A DNA stretch of 64,000 bases from Mobula hypostoma (GCF_963921235.1 NC_086118.1:16432001-16496000), one strand, 5' to 3'; positions 37,787-51,956 are shown, counted from the stretch's first letter. Program-made: numbers and translations. Notes: generated by a model from the letters alone, not told the origin.

Positions 37787-38671
37787 CTGTCTCATCTCAT
37801 CTTCAGACAAGAGGCCAAGTTATCGTTGGAGTTGGTGACAAATTGGTGAGGAATCATCCCAATCAGCATGCACAGAAGGAGGCCATTCATTTCACTGAGT
37901 CTCTGACCATAGACCAATAAACTCATCAGTCCATATTGTTGGCTAGAAAGAAATAAAATCTGCAAATCAATGAACAAGAATGAGGCCAGTCAAAGCAAGT
38001 GTGTTTGTTCTTGCCATACAGTCAAAGAAATGGGGGCTGCCATTTTGTGAGATTGCTCTTACAGCTACCATTTTGTGAACTGGTTCTTGCTCAGGGATGG
38101 CTCAATCAGAGCAATTGAAAGTGGACACACTGAGTTTTCTGCTGATGATTTGCTAAATCTGAGACCATTTTCAGAGAAAAAGCTGTTTATTCAGTTATTT
38201 AAAAATGGCAGGCTTATAGAAAAAAGCAGCCTGTGATCTGAAGTGGCCTGGGCTGACCTCAAAGAAGAAAGAAAGTTACCAATGGCATAAGTATGGGGGA
38301 AGAGCCATAAAGTTATGCTGCTTGTAGCCTTGGGCCAGATCTAATGAGATGTTGACCAGGACAGTCAAATGAGTCTGAGCCAACTACATCAAAAGGTAAC
38401 AGATTGATCTGATAAAGAAAAGGATAAGAATGGAGGATTTCAGGAGAAAGATGACAACAACTCTGTGAAGACCAACCATCGTAGAAGTGATTGCCCCATG
38501 TCGGAAACATTGAGATTACATTGGGATCAAGAGGAACGCCTTTCCAGTGTAGACGTATTTTTCTGGGTATTACATTTCTATTCTTTGACTGTTCATGGAG
38601 CATCAGGGAAACCTAATAGGTGTGCTCACAGGTACTTAGTTCTGTAAATTCACACGCTTGTTAACGGAGCC

Positions 38672-39153
38672 TGTTAGGGTGTACTCTTGAGTTATGGAAT
38701 ATATCAACTATTAATTTCAACAAGTCTTCAGATCTGAATATGGATTGTAGTTTGAAGTTAAAATGCAGCTCAGAACAATTGTTTTCCTGGAGCTGCAGAC
38801 TGGGGTTGATTGCTAACCAAGAAACACTCATTGACCTGAGATGTCTGCATATGCACGAATGCAACTCAGACACAATGGGGATTAGCATTCATTTTGGGTG
38901 TCTGGAGTGTTAGTGTGAAGATGGAGGTGTTTGAAAATCATATGTAATTCAAAGGAAGCATTGTGGCTACATTGTAACTATAGAATTGTCCTGCCGCAAA
39001 CTTTGAGTAAAGCATATAAAACATGTCATGTAATATTGTATCAGGGAGCCTCTTCTGAGAGTGTCTTCAGTATGATGTCTGCTTGTGTGTTGAATAAAGA
39101 CTTCTGTATCACCAGCTTTAGTGTCTTCTGGTGATTTGTTCACAGTCACAACA
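38672..39153 (+). mobile_element. Solo LTR of the ERV family at 58494-62799
   Basis: Colinear with 61305-62799 once inserts are removed; TGTTAGGG..AATAAAG..CAGTCACAACA; AGCC on both flanks. Confidence 0.9.
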
Positions 39154-39334
39154 AGCCAATAAAGACATTTGTCAGTAAATACAGATTCCTTCTGTGCCTA
39201 ACTGATCATTATTGATGAGGGTTAACACAGTACTTGTAACAATATCAAACTCCTTATTTCCTTGTACGCTGAATGTACTTGCATTGATATGTGCTTATCC
39301 ACTTGCTTTTTCTTTGTTTTTTGTAACCTACATT

Positions 39335-39525
39335 ATTGGGATATTTTACAGGCACCAGTTATCTTACCAGTATATTTTGGTACGTGGGAGGAAATTGCCA
39401 CACCCAGTGGAAACCTGTGTGGTATCAGCGTGCACATGGAAATTCCATACGGATGACACCAGAGGTCAGGGTTGAATTCATTGGCTAGAGCTGTGAGGGA
39501 GCAACATTGCACTGCCACACCTGTG
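39335..39525 (-). mobile_element. V-SINE (degenerate)
   Basis: Reverse V-domain and tRNA-like head (GAATTCAACC). Confidence 0.6.
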
Positions 39526-39559
39526 TCACCAGTGCTTCAGTGCTGGTCGAGAACCTGAT

Positions 39560-39790
39560 GTTTGTTAAGTCCATTACCCCTACTGGGGCATAGATTACCA
39601 AAGCCAGCTCGCCAGAGACCTCTGTCCTGGGCCAGTCTTTCAAGTTGCTCCCAGGTGTAGCCCATCTTTGCAAAGATTCTTCCTTTCCCAGGGACAAGGT
39701 CTTTGGCGTTTCTGTAGCTCTGGGTTTTTATAGGGTTGGGTTGCTAGCCTCCACCTTTTGCAGCCGGGCTTGGGACTGTGCATGGAGGAG
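39560..39790 (-). mobile_element. RTE-like LINE extreme 3' fragment
   Basis: Minus frame ..WEQLERLAQDRGLWRA... Confidence 0.5.
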
Positions 39791-40209
39791 CTATGGAAAA
39801 CATGATGTCAGTTCTCTTATTCTTCCTGTGCTTTGAAGTATCCGTAGTAATACAGTCCAAGTGTATGGGAGGGCAGGGATCTCTGTCATAGAAATGAGGC
39901 CTAGCGCTCCATGACACCACCAGAGGCCTGAAATATCAGCAAAATGACGTCACTGTGTCGCCTGGTTCTCGCTACTTCAGGGACCATTTCTACAGTTCTA
40001 ATGCGCGAGGTGTGGCTCACTGTTCAGATATCATATGGATGCAAATCAAGGGAGACATCAACTGACCTCTACACCTCTGCACTTTGCATGACTGGGCTGT
40101 ATCACAAGAGGCACGTTCCAAGTACTGATTGTTCTTCATAAATGATTTTATCATACAACCTACTGTGAATATTTGTTTACCAGCACTACCCATATGAAAA
40201 AGGTTAATT

Positions 40210-40385
40210 GCTAAGTTACTGAACCTTCTGACAGGACTTTAGGACATGGGAGTAAACTGGAACACCTAGCGTGACCACATATGGCCAGAGGAAAAACATG
40301 TAGACACCACACACACAACACCAAGGTCAGAACTGGTCCTGGAGTCCCTGGAGCTGTTAGCAGCACTAAGCCTACGTCACGTTGC
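40210..40385 (-). mobile_element. V-SINE (degenerate)
   Basis: Reverse V-domain GTGTGTGTGGTGTCTACATGTTTTTCC. Confidence 0.6.
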
Positions 40386-40513
40386 AACTCAAGTGTGCCT
40401 TTCACAAATCTGTGCATTCTCAGCTAAGTAGGCCTGAAACAAAGGGTTGAATCCTGCTTTGGCATTTTAAACAAGTCTCATAAAAGATCTGTATTGATGC
40501 TGGGATGTTTTTT

Positions 40514-41025
40514 AAACACGAGAAAGTCTGTGGATGCTGGAAGTCCAAAGCAACACATACAAAATGCTGGAGGAACTCAGCAGGTCAAGCTGCATTTATG
40601 GAAATGAATAAGCAGTCAACATTTCAGGACTGAAGTGGAAGGGAGAAGATGCCAGAATAAAAAGGTAGGGGGAGGGAAAGGGGACTAGCTAGAGGGTGAA
40701 AGGTGAAGCCAGATAGATAGGAAAGGTAAAGGGCAGGTGAAAAAGGAATCTGATAGGAGAAAAGAGTGGACCATAGGAGAAAGGGAAGGAGGAGGGGTCC
40801 CGGGAGGTGAGGGGGGTGGGGGTGACAGGCAGGTGAGAAGTGGTAAAAGGCCAGAGAGGGAAATAGAAGAAGAGGGGAGGGGAGAGAAAAAAATTACCGG
40901 AAGGAGAAACTGATATTCATGCCATTGGGTGGGAAGAGGCCCAGGTAGAATATAAGGTGTTGCTCCTCCAGCTGGAGTGTGCCTCATCTTGGCACAAGAG
41001 GAGGCCATGGACTGACATGTCGGAC
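40514..41025 (-). mobile_element. Neptune Penelope 3' end, hammerhead core deleted
   Basis: Homologous to 16546-17060 (MSVHGLL..EEQHLIF; purine-rich UTR; pLTR). Confidence 0.85.
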
Positions 41026-41759
41026 TTAAGATATTTAGCCACTACAAAGTGGTGACTGGTTTGGAATAGTTTTTAAAGGTATTGTTTTTTAATTAGTGCT
41101 ACACACTTTTCAAATCAGTGAACACTCTGTTGCTTCCTATTTTTGAATATTAATATCGTGCAGATGGTTTAGTCACTTGTCATCAATCTGCTGATACTGA
41201 TCTTCTCCACTTAGTCAAAACCAAACTTTATGGGATCACCAACTAATTCAAGCTGTATTTTTATTTACATAATGGAGGTCTGATTTCTTTGCTTGTGCCT
41301 GGCAGGGATTAACATTAAACTCTACTATCATTCATCATAGAAAGGAGGCTCACTTCACTTTGGAGATAAAAATCAACACAAGTTGCCTGCTTAGTTCTTC
41401 TACACAGCTCTGTCCTCTGATCATTTGCCAATGATTGATAAATTGAAACAAGTTTGTAGTTTTTCTATTCAGGGGTCAATCAGAAAAGCAACCCAAAACT
41501 TTAATATTTCTCATTACTTTCTTTCTACCATAATTTATTATTCAATGAAGAAGTAAGTAAATCATTGGCAATGTAAGTCACAAATCTAAATAGTATCTGG
41601 ACTTCAAATTACAATAAACTCTTTATCTAATGCCAAGCTGCTATTGAAAGTTGTAACTAAATAGAAGTCTGAGGTGCCCAGTTTCAATGGGGAGTTGTGT
41701 GGTGTGGGAGAAATATCTTGCTTATTATATTATTGCACATACTGGGAAATTCCTTATTA

Positions 41760-42964
41760 CAGGTTTCCCCCGCCATCCGAAGGTAGAACATTCCTATGAA
41801 ATGGTTCGTAAGCTGGAATGTCGTAAAGTGAAGAAACAATTACCATTTATTTATATGGGAAAATTTTGTGAGCATTCGCAGACCCAAAAATAACCTACCA
41901 AATCATGCCAAATAACACATTAAAGTTAAAATAACAGTAACAGATAGTAAAAGCAGGAATGATATGATAAATACACAGCCTATATAAAGTAGAAATACTT
42001 TTCCACAATCATTGCCTGCACTGTTGTCCGTAGCGAAAATCTCACGCAAGCGCCGTTCGCAAAAACACAGTGCAAGCGTGCTCGGCAGGAAATCTCACGC
42101 AAGCGCTGTTGGCAAAAACACTCTCTCCAGTAACCTTTAAGCTACAAAGCTGCCAATTCAAACCAAATAACACGAATCGAGAAGACAGCTTGCCAAGCAC
42201 ACTGATGATAGTGTGTTAGACTGAGTCGTCGGAGTTTGGGTGGAGCAGTGGCCCCCATCCTCTGGGCAGCGACCCGATGCTGATCTGCGAAGCATGCAAC
42301 GGTGCAGCAGTAGCTGGGAGGCACACAGCACATCTTTAAGAATGTTTCTACCATACAGTTCTTTGTAAGCACTCAAACCATCCTGCAAATATCCCCTAAA
42401 CCTACGTACCCTTTCAAAATTAAAGTCATACTTTATAATTACAGCAAAAATCTCACGCAGTTGCTTCACGTTCAGTTCGCTACTGCATTCGGTTTTGATT
42501 GTTATCCTTTCCTCTTCCAATTGCATCAGCTCTTCATTTATCAGTTCTTGGTCATGGGATGCCAAAACCTCTTCAACATCATCTTCATCAACTTCCACAA
42601 GCCAAACTCACTTTGTCCTTACTTCATTCACCACGATCAAAAGGCTTAATTATGTCTAGTTTTACGCTAAGTGTAACACCCTTACGAGCTCTTTCAGGCT
42701 TTTCCGACACCTTAGAACTCATCTTGCAAATGGCTGCTCACAGACACGTGTTTAAGCAATGCTGGCTAGAATGCCGTTCCAAATCTGGGGGAGAGCGGCT
42801 GCTCAGGGCAAGCGCTGCCTTTTATCATGCGCTGTTTTTTTCACGCGCTGATTTTTTTCGTAACAGTGAATACACCTTCTGTTAGCGAAAACAGGGAACT
42901 AATGTAGGTCTTTTGTAGCAGTGAGGTTTCGTAAAGCGAACGTTCGAAAAGTGGGGGACACCTG
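41760..42964 (-). mobile_element. Tigger/pogo element, same family as 29451-31370, different internal deletion
   Basis: TA TSD; TIR CAGGTTTCCCCC / GGGGGACACCTG; EVDEDDVEEVLASHDQEL..EELMQLE Tigger C-terminus. Confidence 0.92.
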
Positions 42965-43208
42965 TATACCACTTACGAAATTTTAATAAGTAATGTACAA
43001 TGATTTTTTTTTCCTTGATGTCATCAAAGTTAGTTTATGTCCACACCCAATTATGTACTTTACTTTCTTTATTTATGCTTAATTCATTGTAGATTTGACT
43101 CTTGGTAAGTATTCTTAAAAAGTTATTGTGTGCTATATATACTACAGTGCTTTACAAGCTGGTCCGGAGAAACTCTGTCTCATTTGATAGTTAACATGTA
43201 TATAGTTA

Positions 43209-45142
43209 CAGTAACTGTAAAAAGTATTCACCAGCACCCCTGCCCGCAGAATTTTTCATGTTTTATTGTTTTACAACACTGAATCGCAGTGGATTTAATT
43301 TGAAACTGATCAACAGAAAACGACTCTTCTGTGTCAAAGCGAAAACAGATCTCTACAAAGTGATCTAAAGTAATTGCAAATATAAAACACAAAATAACTT
43401 ATTGCATTGGTATTCACCCTCTTTAATATGTCACCCCAAATCATATTACTAATGCAGCAAATTGGTTTTATAAGTCACATAATTGATTAAATGGAGGTCT
43501 GCTTTTGGAGAACTGTGTGCAGTCAAGGTGCTTCAATTGATTGTAGTAAAAATACATCTGTATCTGCAAAGTCTAAGTGCTGGTGAGTCAGTATCCGAGC
43601 AAAAACTATGCCATGAAGACAAAAGAACACTCCAAGCAACTCTGTGGAAAGATTATTGAAAAGTGGAAGTCAGGAGATAGATACAAGAAAATTTCCAAGT
43701 CACTGAATATCCTTTGAAGTACGGTTAAGTCAATCACCAAGAAATGGAAAGAATATGGCACAGCTGTAAATTTACCTAGAGTTGGCCATCCTCAAAAACT
43801 GAGTGACTGTGCAAGAAGGGGACTAGTGAGGGAGGCCACTAAGAGACTTATGACAACTCTGGAGGACTTACAAGCTTCAGTGGCTGAGATGGGAGAGACT
43901 GCACATACAACAACTGTTGCCCGGGTGCTTCACCAGTCACAGCTTTATGGGGAAAGTGGCAAAGGAAAAGCCACTTTTGAAAAAAACTCACATGAAATAT
44001 AGAACATAGAACATAGAATAGTACAGCACAGTACAGGCCCTTCGGCCCACAATGTTGTGCCGACCCTCAAACCCTGCCTCCCATATAAGCCCCCACCTTA
44101 AATTCCTCCATATATCTGTCTAGTAGTCTCTTAAACTTCACTAGTGTATCTGCCTCCACCACTGACTCAGGCAGTGCATTCCACGCACCAACCACTCTTT
44201 GAGTAAAAAACCTTCCTCTAATATCCCCCTTGAACTTCCCACCCCTTACCTTAAAGCCATGTCCTCTTGTATGGCGCAGTGGTGCCCTGGGGAAGAGGTG
44301 CTGGCTATCCACTCTATCTATTCCACTTATTAGGAAGAGTTTGTCAGAAGGCATGTGAGGGACTTTGAAGTCAGCTGAAAGAAAGTTTATGGTCTGATGA
44401 AACCAAAATTGAGCTTTTTGGCCATCACACTAGACGCTATGATTGGCGTAAGTAAAACACTGTATCCCTACCATGAAGCATGGTGGTGGCTGCATCATGC
44501 TGTGGGGATGCTTCACTGCAACAGGTCCTGGAAGGCTTGTGAAGGTAGAGGGTAAAATGAATGCAGTAAAGTACAGGGAAATCCTGGAGGAAAACCTGAT
44601 GGAGTCTGCAAGAGAACTATGACTTGGAAGATTTGTTTTCCAGCAAAATAATGACCCGAAGCATAAAATCAAAGCTACACAGGAATGGCTTAAGAACAAC
44701 AAAGTTAATGTCCTGGAGTGACCAAGTCAGAGACCAGACCTCAATCCAATTGAGAGTTAGTGACTGGACTTGAAAAGAGCTGTTCACTCACGATCCCCAT
44801 GCAATCTGACAGAGCTTGAGCAGTTTTGTAAAGAAGAATGGGGAAAAATTGCAGTGTCCAGATGTGCAAAGCTGATAGAGACCTATCCACACAGACTCAA
44901 GGCTACAATTACTGCCAATACTGACTTGAAAGGGGTGAGTAATTATGAAATCAATTATTTTGCATTTAATAATTATGGTAAATTGGGACCAATTTGTAGA
45001 AATGTGTTTTCACTTTGACACAAAAGTGTCTTTTCTGTTGATCAGTGTCAAAAAAGCCGAATTAAAACCACTGTGATTCAATGTTGTAAAACAATACAAC
45101 ATGAAAACATCTGGGGGGGGGTGAATATTTTTATAGGCACTG
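43209..45142 (+). mobile_element. Full-length Tc1 element with ~200-bp TIRs, transposase pseudogenised
   Basis: TA TSD; MKTKEHSKQ..YKKISKSLNI HTH at 43613; [40 protein letters not shown]. Confidence 0.95.
43998..44328 (-). mobile_element. CR1/HER1 3' end nested in Tc1
   Basis: AGAACAT tandem tail; TRGHGFKV..FFTQRVVGAWNALP. Confidence 0.9.
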
Positions 45143-45257
45143 TAAATAACAGTAAACTTGACTTGAGTCTTGATGCAACTTATACATGAATTAGTTTTTA
45201 CATTATTCAAAGGGCTAAAAATACAGCAAATGCATAGTATAAGATTCTTTTTTCTAC

Positions 45258-46176
45258 TATGAGGGGATCCTGAGGTACCACTATTAACTGTGCTTTTGAA
45301 AAGAGAAAGAGAGTTATTTAACAGCTTGTTTGTAAAAGAGAGAGAGAGAGAGACGAAGATTAACAGTTGGACTGTCACTTTAAGGCACTGGAAGTAACTT
45401 TGGATTTCTGCTGAGTTTGGAGTTGGAGACAGCATCGAGCAGCTCGAAAGTTGCTATGGTGATTGAAGGCAGGTTGTTGATATTTTTCAAGGACTTGTTG
45501 CCTGCTTGCATTTCTTCACAGACAAAGGAAAGAGGGATTATTTGATTGACAGTTGATGTTCAGCACAGTGAGATAAATAGGAGGTCAGATGATACAGACC
45601 TCAGACCATGATCTGGATACTGAATGAGCATTGTTGTGCCCGCAGAAAAAGTGGGTTTTGGAGGATCGATCAGGTGGGTCGATCCATCGCTCTAACAGAG
45701 GAAAGAGGAAAAGGGTTGACTGGTGGGGAGTTGTCCACCCTCGCCCGGGGATAGCTCCACCACAGAAAACTGGTCCCCTTTGTTAAAGTCATAGTCGGTG
45801 ACTTTTAAAGGATTTCAAAGGACAACGAGAAGATCGACGGCGTCAGCTCACCTGAAGACTCAAATCTCTCCCTCTCTCTCTCCATCACTACTCAACTCAA
45901 TACCACGAACTGAACTGAACTGAACTTTACTCATCATCCTAAGACTGTATCTTTTTACCCCTAGACTTTAAGCTTGGTTTTTCATACATATATTTCCACA
46001 CTTACTGATATACTTACTTATATATATAAAATCATTGCTAACCTGTTTGATTTAAATACATTTATATTACTGTATTGCGTAGTTACTAATAAATATTATT
46101 AGTTTATAGCAATACTGGACTCCAAAGTGTTTTCCATCTCTGCAGGTTCTTTATTCCCGTCATGGGGTTCGTGACA
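45258..46176 (+). mobile_element. Solo LTR (Gypsy-like)
   Basis: Ends GTTCGTGACA; AATAAA at 46088; imperfect 4-bp TSD CTAC/GTAC; related to 236-1052. Confidence 0.7.
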
Positions 46177-47204
46177 GTACTATCTTACCACAGTATTTTC
46201 AGAAGATTAACTCATTCATGAGAACCAGGATAGATGAGGTTAATTTAAGTTCAATAAGTATTGGAGAATTAAAGCAAAATGGACAAATAAAAAACAAATA
46301 AATTCTTCAGCTAATGTTGCCTTTGTGTTTAGCAAAATAGGATGGAAGCCATATGTGACTTGGGTTCTAAGCAAATAGAGCTACTGATTTTGACTCTCCA
46401 AAGTATATTATCAGGAAGAGAGAATTGCGCAATTCACCAGCTGAACACATGATCTGAAGTACTAATTTTGTCAATAGATAGTTGTCTCACCTTAAAACTG
46501 GCAGCCAGCTATGAAGAATTGCAGGGCCATCAGGCATGTTTAGGGTGTCTAACAACAATCAATGCATATTTTGACAAGATTTACACAAAATTGTCCCTGC
46601 ATAGCAGGCTACTGAATGAAGTAGCAAAGTAGGCCTCACTGCTGGGGATAAATGCTACTGTGCCACAGGTTCAAAAATAATACTCTGTACTGTTGTAGCA
46701 GAGTTCCAGGCAGACTCCCCTTTAAATGTTTTATTACTATCACTACCACCAATCCAACTCCTCACCAACAAGACAGATCTCTAATTGTTTCTTAATTGAT
46801 CCTGGGACCCTGTCCTCTCCTTGGCTGATCCAACTCACAGAATCTGAATGATTTTCTTTCCACTGTCCAATCCACTATACACCTGAACTAATTATCTCTC
46901 TAGTCTCCCTCTGCATAAATCCCCTGAGGTTATTTTGTATATCTTAAACTCATCACTCTCAATCTGTTCTCAGTTCACTTCTTCCACAAGCTGTGTGAAG
47001 ATGAGACATTCGTGTGTGCAGTTAAAAACCCTGTTCTATTACTTGTAATGCATTTGGCCTTGTGGAAGGGCCTTTCATCTAGCACTGGAGTACCTTCACT
47101 GGCATAGTACAATGTCCAACTCGGAGTGTTTAGTAAAGACAATATGATTTCCGGCCTTAACTTGTACTACTGTTGAATATTATCAGGGTGCAACACAGAT
47201 CCCA

Positions 47205-47790
47205 GGAATCCTCCAAGATGCAAAAGATACACTTATTATCAAAATATGTTTGCTGTATATGACCCTGAAATTCGTCTTCCCCACAGACTGCCACGAAACA
47301 AAGAAAACCATAGAACCCATTGAAAAAAAAATCAAAACATGCAAAAAAAAAATAAAACTCACAAATGATAACAAAAACATGAGTGAGTAACACAGAATAT
47401 AAAGCACAAAATTGAAAGAGTCCGGGCATATTCAGTTCAGCTCAGTGCTTGTTACTTGCAGGCCATCTTGGTTCAAAATCATCCAAAACAGCAACACAAA
47501 AGGAGCAACCAGAAATCAGAAATGTCATAACGTGAACGACAGAGTCCAATGGACAAACCACATAGATTAAACCTTGCCCAAGGCCAATGGACTCTGGCAT
47601 CGAGGAAGAGAGAGATCATTCAAATGCAGGGACCTTCCCCTGGGAGCAACGAGCAAGAGGTACTATTTAATGCTGAACACTCGCTCACCTTCCACACTTG
47701 CATTGGTGATTTCCGTCTTTCTTTGTGCGTTAATCGGCAAGTTCAGCGAGAAATGGAGTCGATCATGGGCTCACTCCTCGTCTTCCAAAC
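47205..47790 (-). mobile_element. Rex1-type 3' UTR fragment
   Basis: Tail resembles those at 5545-5650 and 13100-13165 (ACCCTGAAATTCGTCTTC). Confidence 0.55.
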
Positions 47791-47907
47791 ATTATCAATT
47801 TATTATTTATTGAGTTAGAGAGACAACAATAGCAGGCCCTTCTGGCTTAACAAGCCCATGTTGTTGAATTATGTAATGTATTTAGTATATCAGTAATATT
47901 TGAGTAA

Positions 47908-48733
47908 CCGCAACTCCTCCACTGGGCTAGTATGGAAACTTGGCTCATTGCCAGCCCCACTAATAGCCACAGGGCTCAACGGTGAGAAGACCACCTTTCA
48001 TAAACAATAGGCATCTAGGGTCGATATGATTTGGGGTTCAACCAAGCAGAAACCTCGTCATGTTCCGATTAAAGAAACCTCGATTTGAGTGAATGCTGTG
48101 TAAATGCTTCCCATACACAACAGATTATACACTGCATAAAATTATAAAGAAAGTATATTTACAAATTTCAGCTTTATCAAACAAATAGTTGGAAAAACAA
48201 AAATTAAAGGGCCCATTACTATTAAATCAGTTTAAATATGCACAAATTGTTGGAGCTCACCTTGAAGTTGTCTTTTCACTCATACACTGGACCCATGGTC
48301 TTTGTGAAAACACATACCACATTCTGAACTTCGCTCAGAATCCACCTTGAACAAATGGGCTCTCTCTCAGGAGTGTTGGCCCTTCCTCCTTGGAGCCGTT
48401 CATCTGCACAAAGCACCTTGTGCAACAGGGATGCTCATTCCCATGGCATCCTCAGCCACCGTCCCTTCTGTCCTTTCCGCAGCTCCCGCCAAAAAAAAAC
48501 ACGAACTCCACCACTGTCCGTTGCAAATCTCTCTCCGCCCAGCTTTTTCTAGAACCCTCTCCCAGTTCCACCATCCTGATTGGCTGACACAGCATTCCAA
48601 AGTTGAACATCATAGTCCCTTAGCTTGAGCCAAAACCCAAACATGCTATCAGCAGGACACACTTCTTCTACAGAAAGCTGCTAACTGAAATACCCTACAG
48701 CATTAGCAGTAAAAATCCTAGCCAGAGCACCAC
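47908..48733 (-). mobile_element. Solo LTR-like insertion inside the Gypsy 5' LTR
   Basis: Absent from the 3' LTR; ends ..CACCACA; host LTR sequence resumes TAATATTG. Confidence 0.65.
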
Positions 48734-50514
48734 ATAATATTGGAAGTATATTGCCATTTAAGCATTCTTTATTTTCATAATTTATTATGTGCTATATGTG
48801 AGAAGTACAGGAATGGCATATGTCATCATGTAACTGCATCATATGTGAGCACCTCACTGAAAGAAAGTTAAGTAGACAAGTTACTTTTGACAAGTCGATG
48901 GGCCAGATGGCCTAATTCTGCTCCTATGTCTTACGGTCTTATCCCGGCTCTTGTGTTTTTTTATTTCAATTAGCTTCTGGAGTTACAAAACATAACAGTG
49001 GCGACAACAAGGTTTTAAAAAGAACTCGTGATGACTACCTACCTGTTGAAGTACAGCATGTTTTTTTTTCAGAAGTGGAGGGAATGGTGCTTGAGTTAAA
49101 AAAATCATAGTATGTCTTTTTTCGGAAGTGGAGAGAAGCAATCGAGTAAAACAAGGCAGAAAACAGATGAAATTAACAAACCACAAGTATGGCCATTGGT
49201 TCATAAACAGTGAGTACCAGGTGATACTAATAATACATTTCAAAAAAAGTAGAAATGGCTGGCTACACCAGAAAGATAGACAATTCAACTGCATAACAAC
49301 AGATCACTGGATGATATATACTGAACAAATTGAGTACTTTAATACAAATAAAATAGTCAATGAGAAATGAGTGCCAGTGTAGTTGAGTGTAACAGGTGGA
49401 AAAGCATGCAGTTTTCTTAGAAATAGAACTGCTCCAACCAAACTAGCTGAAATGAGCTTTGCTGATATTATGTTCATAATGCAGGAACATTTAAAACCAA
49501 AACCATTGCTGATTGCAGAATGCTTTAGGTTTCATAAGCAGAATCAAATGGAAGGGGAGTCCATTTCAGCTTACGTGGCTGAACTGAAGAAATTGTTTGA
49601 GCATTGTCTATTCTGTGATGGGCTATATGATGCACTGATAGATCATTTAGTTTGTGCAGTCTTTAAAGAAAACTTCCAGAAATGGCTCCTAACTGAAACA
49701 TTACTCACATTTAAAAGAGCAGCTGAAAACGCTGCATCAATGGAAACAACAGCCGGTGATGCAACTGAGTTGCAGTCAGTAATGAAAGAGAGCGTGAACA
49801 AAATTGCATCATCTAAACAGACACCTGCCTGGCCAAACAAATAGCTTTACCATTGTGGAAGAGGCTCACATACATTAGACCAATGCTGGTTTAGAGGTCA
49901 ATCTTGCAAAAAATGCCACAAATTATAATACATACAAAGAGCATGTCAGGTAGACAGAAATAAATAGACTGTACATGGAAGCAAAAAAAAGGTAAAAAGT
50001 TAAGTTGCTGTTTCCAAAAGAGCATTAATCTGTATGCTGTTGGTGAAATATTCAATAATATGACAGTGATACAGCACTTGGTAGCCTTGAGATTTACACA
50101 GTGAGAATTAACAAGAAACAAACAATATGGCTTACACCAGAAGTGAACAGAAAATTAATTAAATGGAACTGGACACTGGTTAGCTGTTCAGTCATTTCAC
50201 AAAAAGATTTTGAAATGCATTTCAAATATATTGAACCAAAGCCTGCAGACATCCAACTAAGAACTTGCACTGGAGGAAAGATAACTTGTGTGGGAATCAC
50301 AATCATAACAGTGAAATACAACAAACAACTAGCCATATTGGGCTTGTATGCAGTAAAAACAGGAGGTCAGCATTGTGGGCATGTGATTGTCTGAGACAAC
50401 TACAACTCAGTTGGAGATCCATCCACTATTTGCATGCCAGATTACCTGCAATAGAGTCATCTGAAAGCAAATTCAGAAAGGTACTGGATGATGCCACAGT
50501 ACTGTTCAAGGATG

Positions 50515-51956
50515 TGTCACGTTCCGGTCTGTGATGTTCGTATTCCGGTTCACGGTCCGGTCCACCAACCCTTGCTCCAGGTTTTCCTGTCAACCATGTT
50601 TCTGTTCCTGTTAAGCACTAATTAAGGCAGCTGATGCCTGTTGGGGCTGGCTGCATAAATACCTTCAGAGACCAGGTTGTGGCTGCTGGATTGTTCTTGT
50701 CCTTATTCCTTGTATCGCTTGCTCTGCCTTCTGTTTCCTCACCTGAAGCCCTGCCGTGTCTTGCCGGTAACTCTCGCCTCACTTTGCTTTGCCAGAAGCC
50801 TTGCCTTGTCTTGCCGGTAACTCTCGCCTCACCTGAAGTTCTCGTCTCACCATGCATTGCCTGAAGCCTTGCCTTGTCTTGCTGGTAACTCTCGCCTCGT
50901 CTCGCCTGCAGTCTTGTCCTGGCGCCACCCTGTACCTAGCTCCCTTCCTGTCCCTTGCCTCCGCCCAAGTAAGCCAGGCTGTCTTGCCGGTACCTGCGAT
51001 TGGTTCTGTCTGTTCCTGTCCCTTGCCTCTGCCGGGTAAGCCAGGCCGTCTCACCGTTCCCTGCGGTTGGTTCTGTCCCTTCCTGTCTCATGCCTCCTTC
51101 AGGTGGTGATCCGCGCCCTGCCCAGGTGATCCACGCCCTGCCCAGGAGATCCGCGCCCTGTCCAGGAGTACCGCATCCTGCCCAGGTAAACCTCGACCTG
51201 CCCCGGAGGAGCCTGCCGAGCCTCAAGCCTGAAGACTGCAGCCTCCTGCCTAGCCTCAAGCCTGAAGACTGCAGCCTCCTGCCTAGCCTCAAGCCTGAAG
51301 ACTGCAGCCTCCTGCCTAGCCTCAAGCCTGAAGACTGCAGCCTCCTGCCTAGTCTCAAGCCTGAAGACTCCAGCCTCCTGCATAGCCTCAAGCCTGAAGA
51401 TTCCAGCCTCCTGCCTCCTGCCAAGCCTCACCTCAAGTCTCTGGCCTCTAGCCCCAAGCCTCAAAGTCTCTAGCCTCCTGCCAAGCCTCGCCTCAAGTCT
51501 CTAACCTCTAGCCTCCTTCCAAGCCTCACCTCAAGTCTCTAGCCTCTAGCCTCCTGCCAAGCCTGGCCTCAAGTCTCTAGCCTCTAGCCTCCTGCCAAGC
51601 CTGGCCTCAAGTCTCTAACCTCTAGCCTCCTTCCAAGCCTCACCTCAAGTCTCCTGCCTCCTGCCAAGCCTCGCCTCAAGTCTCTAAGACTCCAGCCTCG
51701 TCCTGCCTGCCAGCCAAGCCTCGTCCTTGCCTGGTTCTGGGGTCTGAGCCAGAGGCAAGACCCAGGTACTGGGTCCTTGTCCAGTCTCTGGCTCGGAGTC
51801 CAAGCCCGGGCTCCTAGCTCTTTTGTCCAGACCTGTTCCGGGTTCCCAGTTGTCCTGTCCATGTCCTTGCCATCGCCCTGTATCCTAGTCCTGGCCCTAG
51901 TACTTCAGTCTCTGTGTCTTGCACTTGAGTCCATTCCCAGCCACTCCCGTATGACA
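50515..51956 (+). mobile_element. Solo LTR with internal minisatellites, nested in Gypsy pol
   Basis: TGTCACG..ATGACA; 5-bp TSD GGATG. Confidence 0.9.
51219..51700 (+). repeat. Minisatellite: ~6 x 33 bp followed by ~7 x ~38 bp related units
   Basis: AGCCTCAAGCCTGAAGACTGCAGCCTCCTGCCT then CCTCAAGTCTCTAGCCTCTAGCCTCCTGCCAAGCCTGG. Confidence 0.9.

Noticed and set aside
43613..44930. Active Tc1 transposase
   Set aside because: Multiple stops and frameshifts plus a HER1 insertion.
46491..46548. Minus-strand exon candidate (TLNMPDGPAILHSWLPVL)
   Set aside because: Overlaps what looks like a decayed CR1 RT fragment on the plus strand, and its phase does not link to 37786.
51219..51700. CRISPR-like regular repeats or a repeat protein
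   Set aside because: Head-to-tail minisatellite with no unique spacers, inside an LTR in vertebrate DNA.
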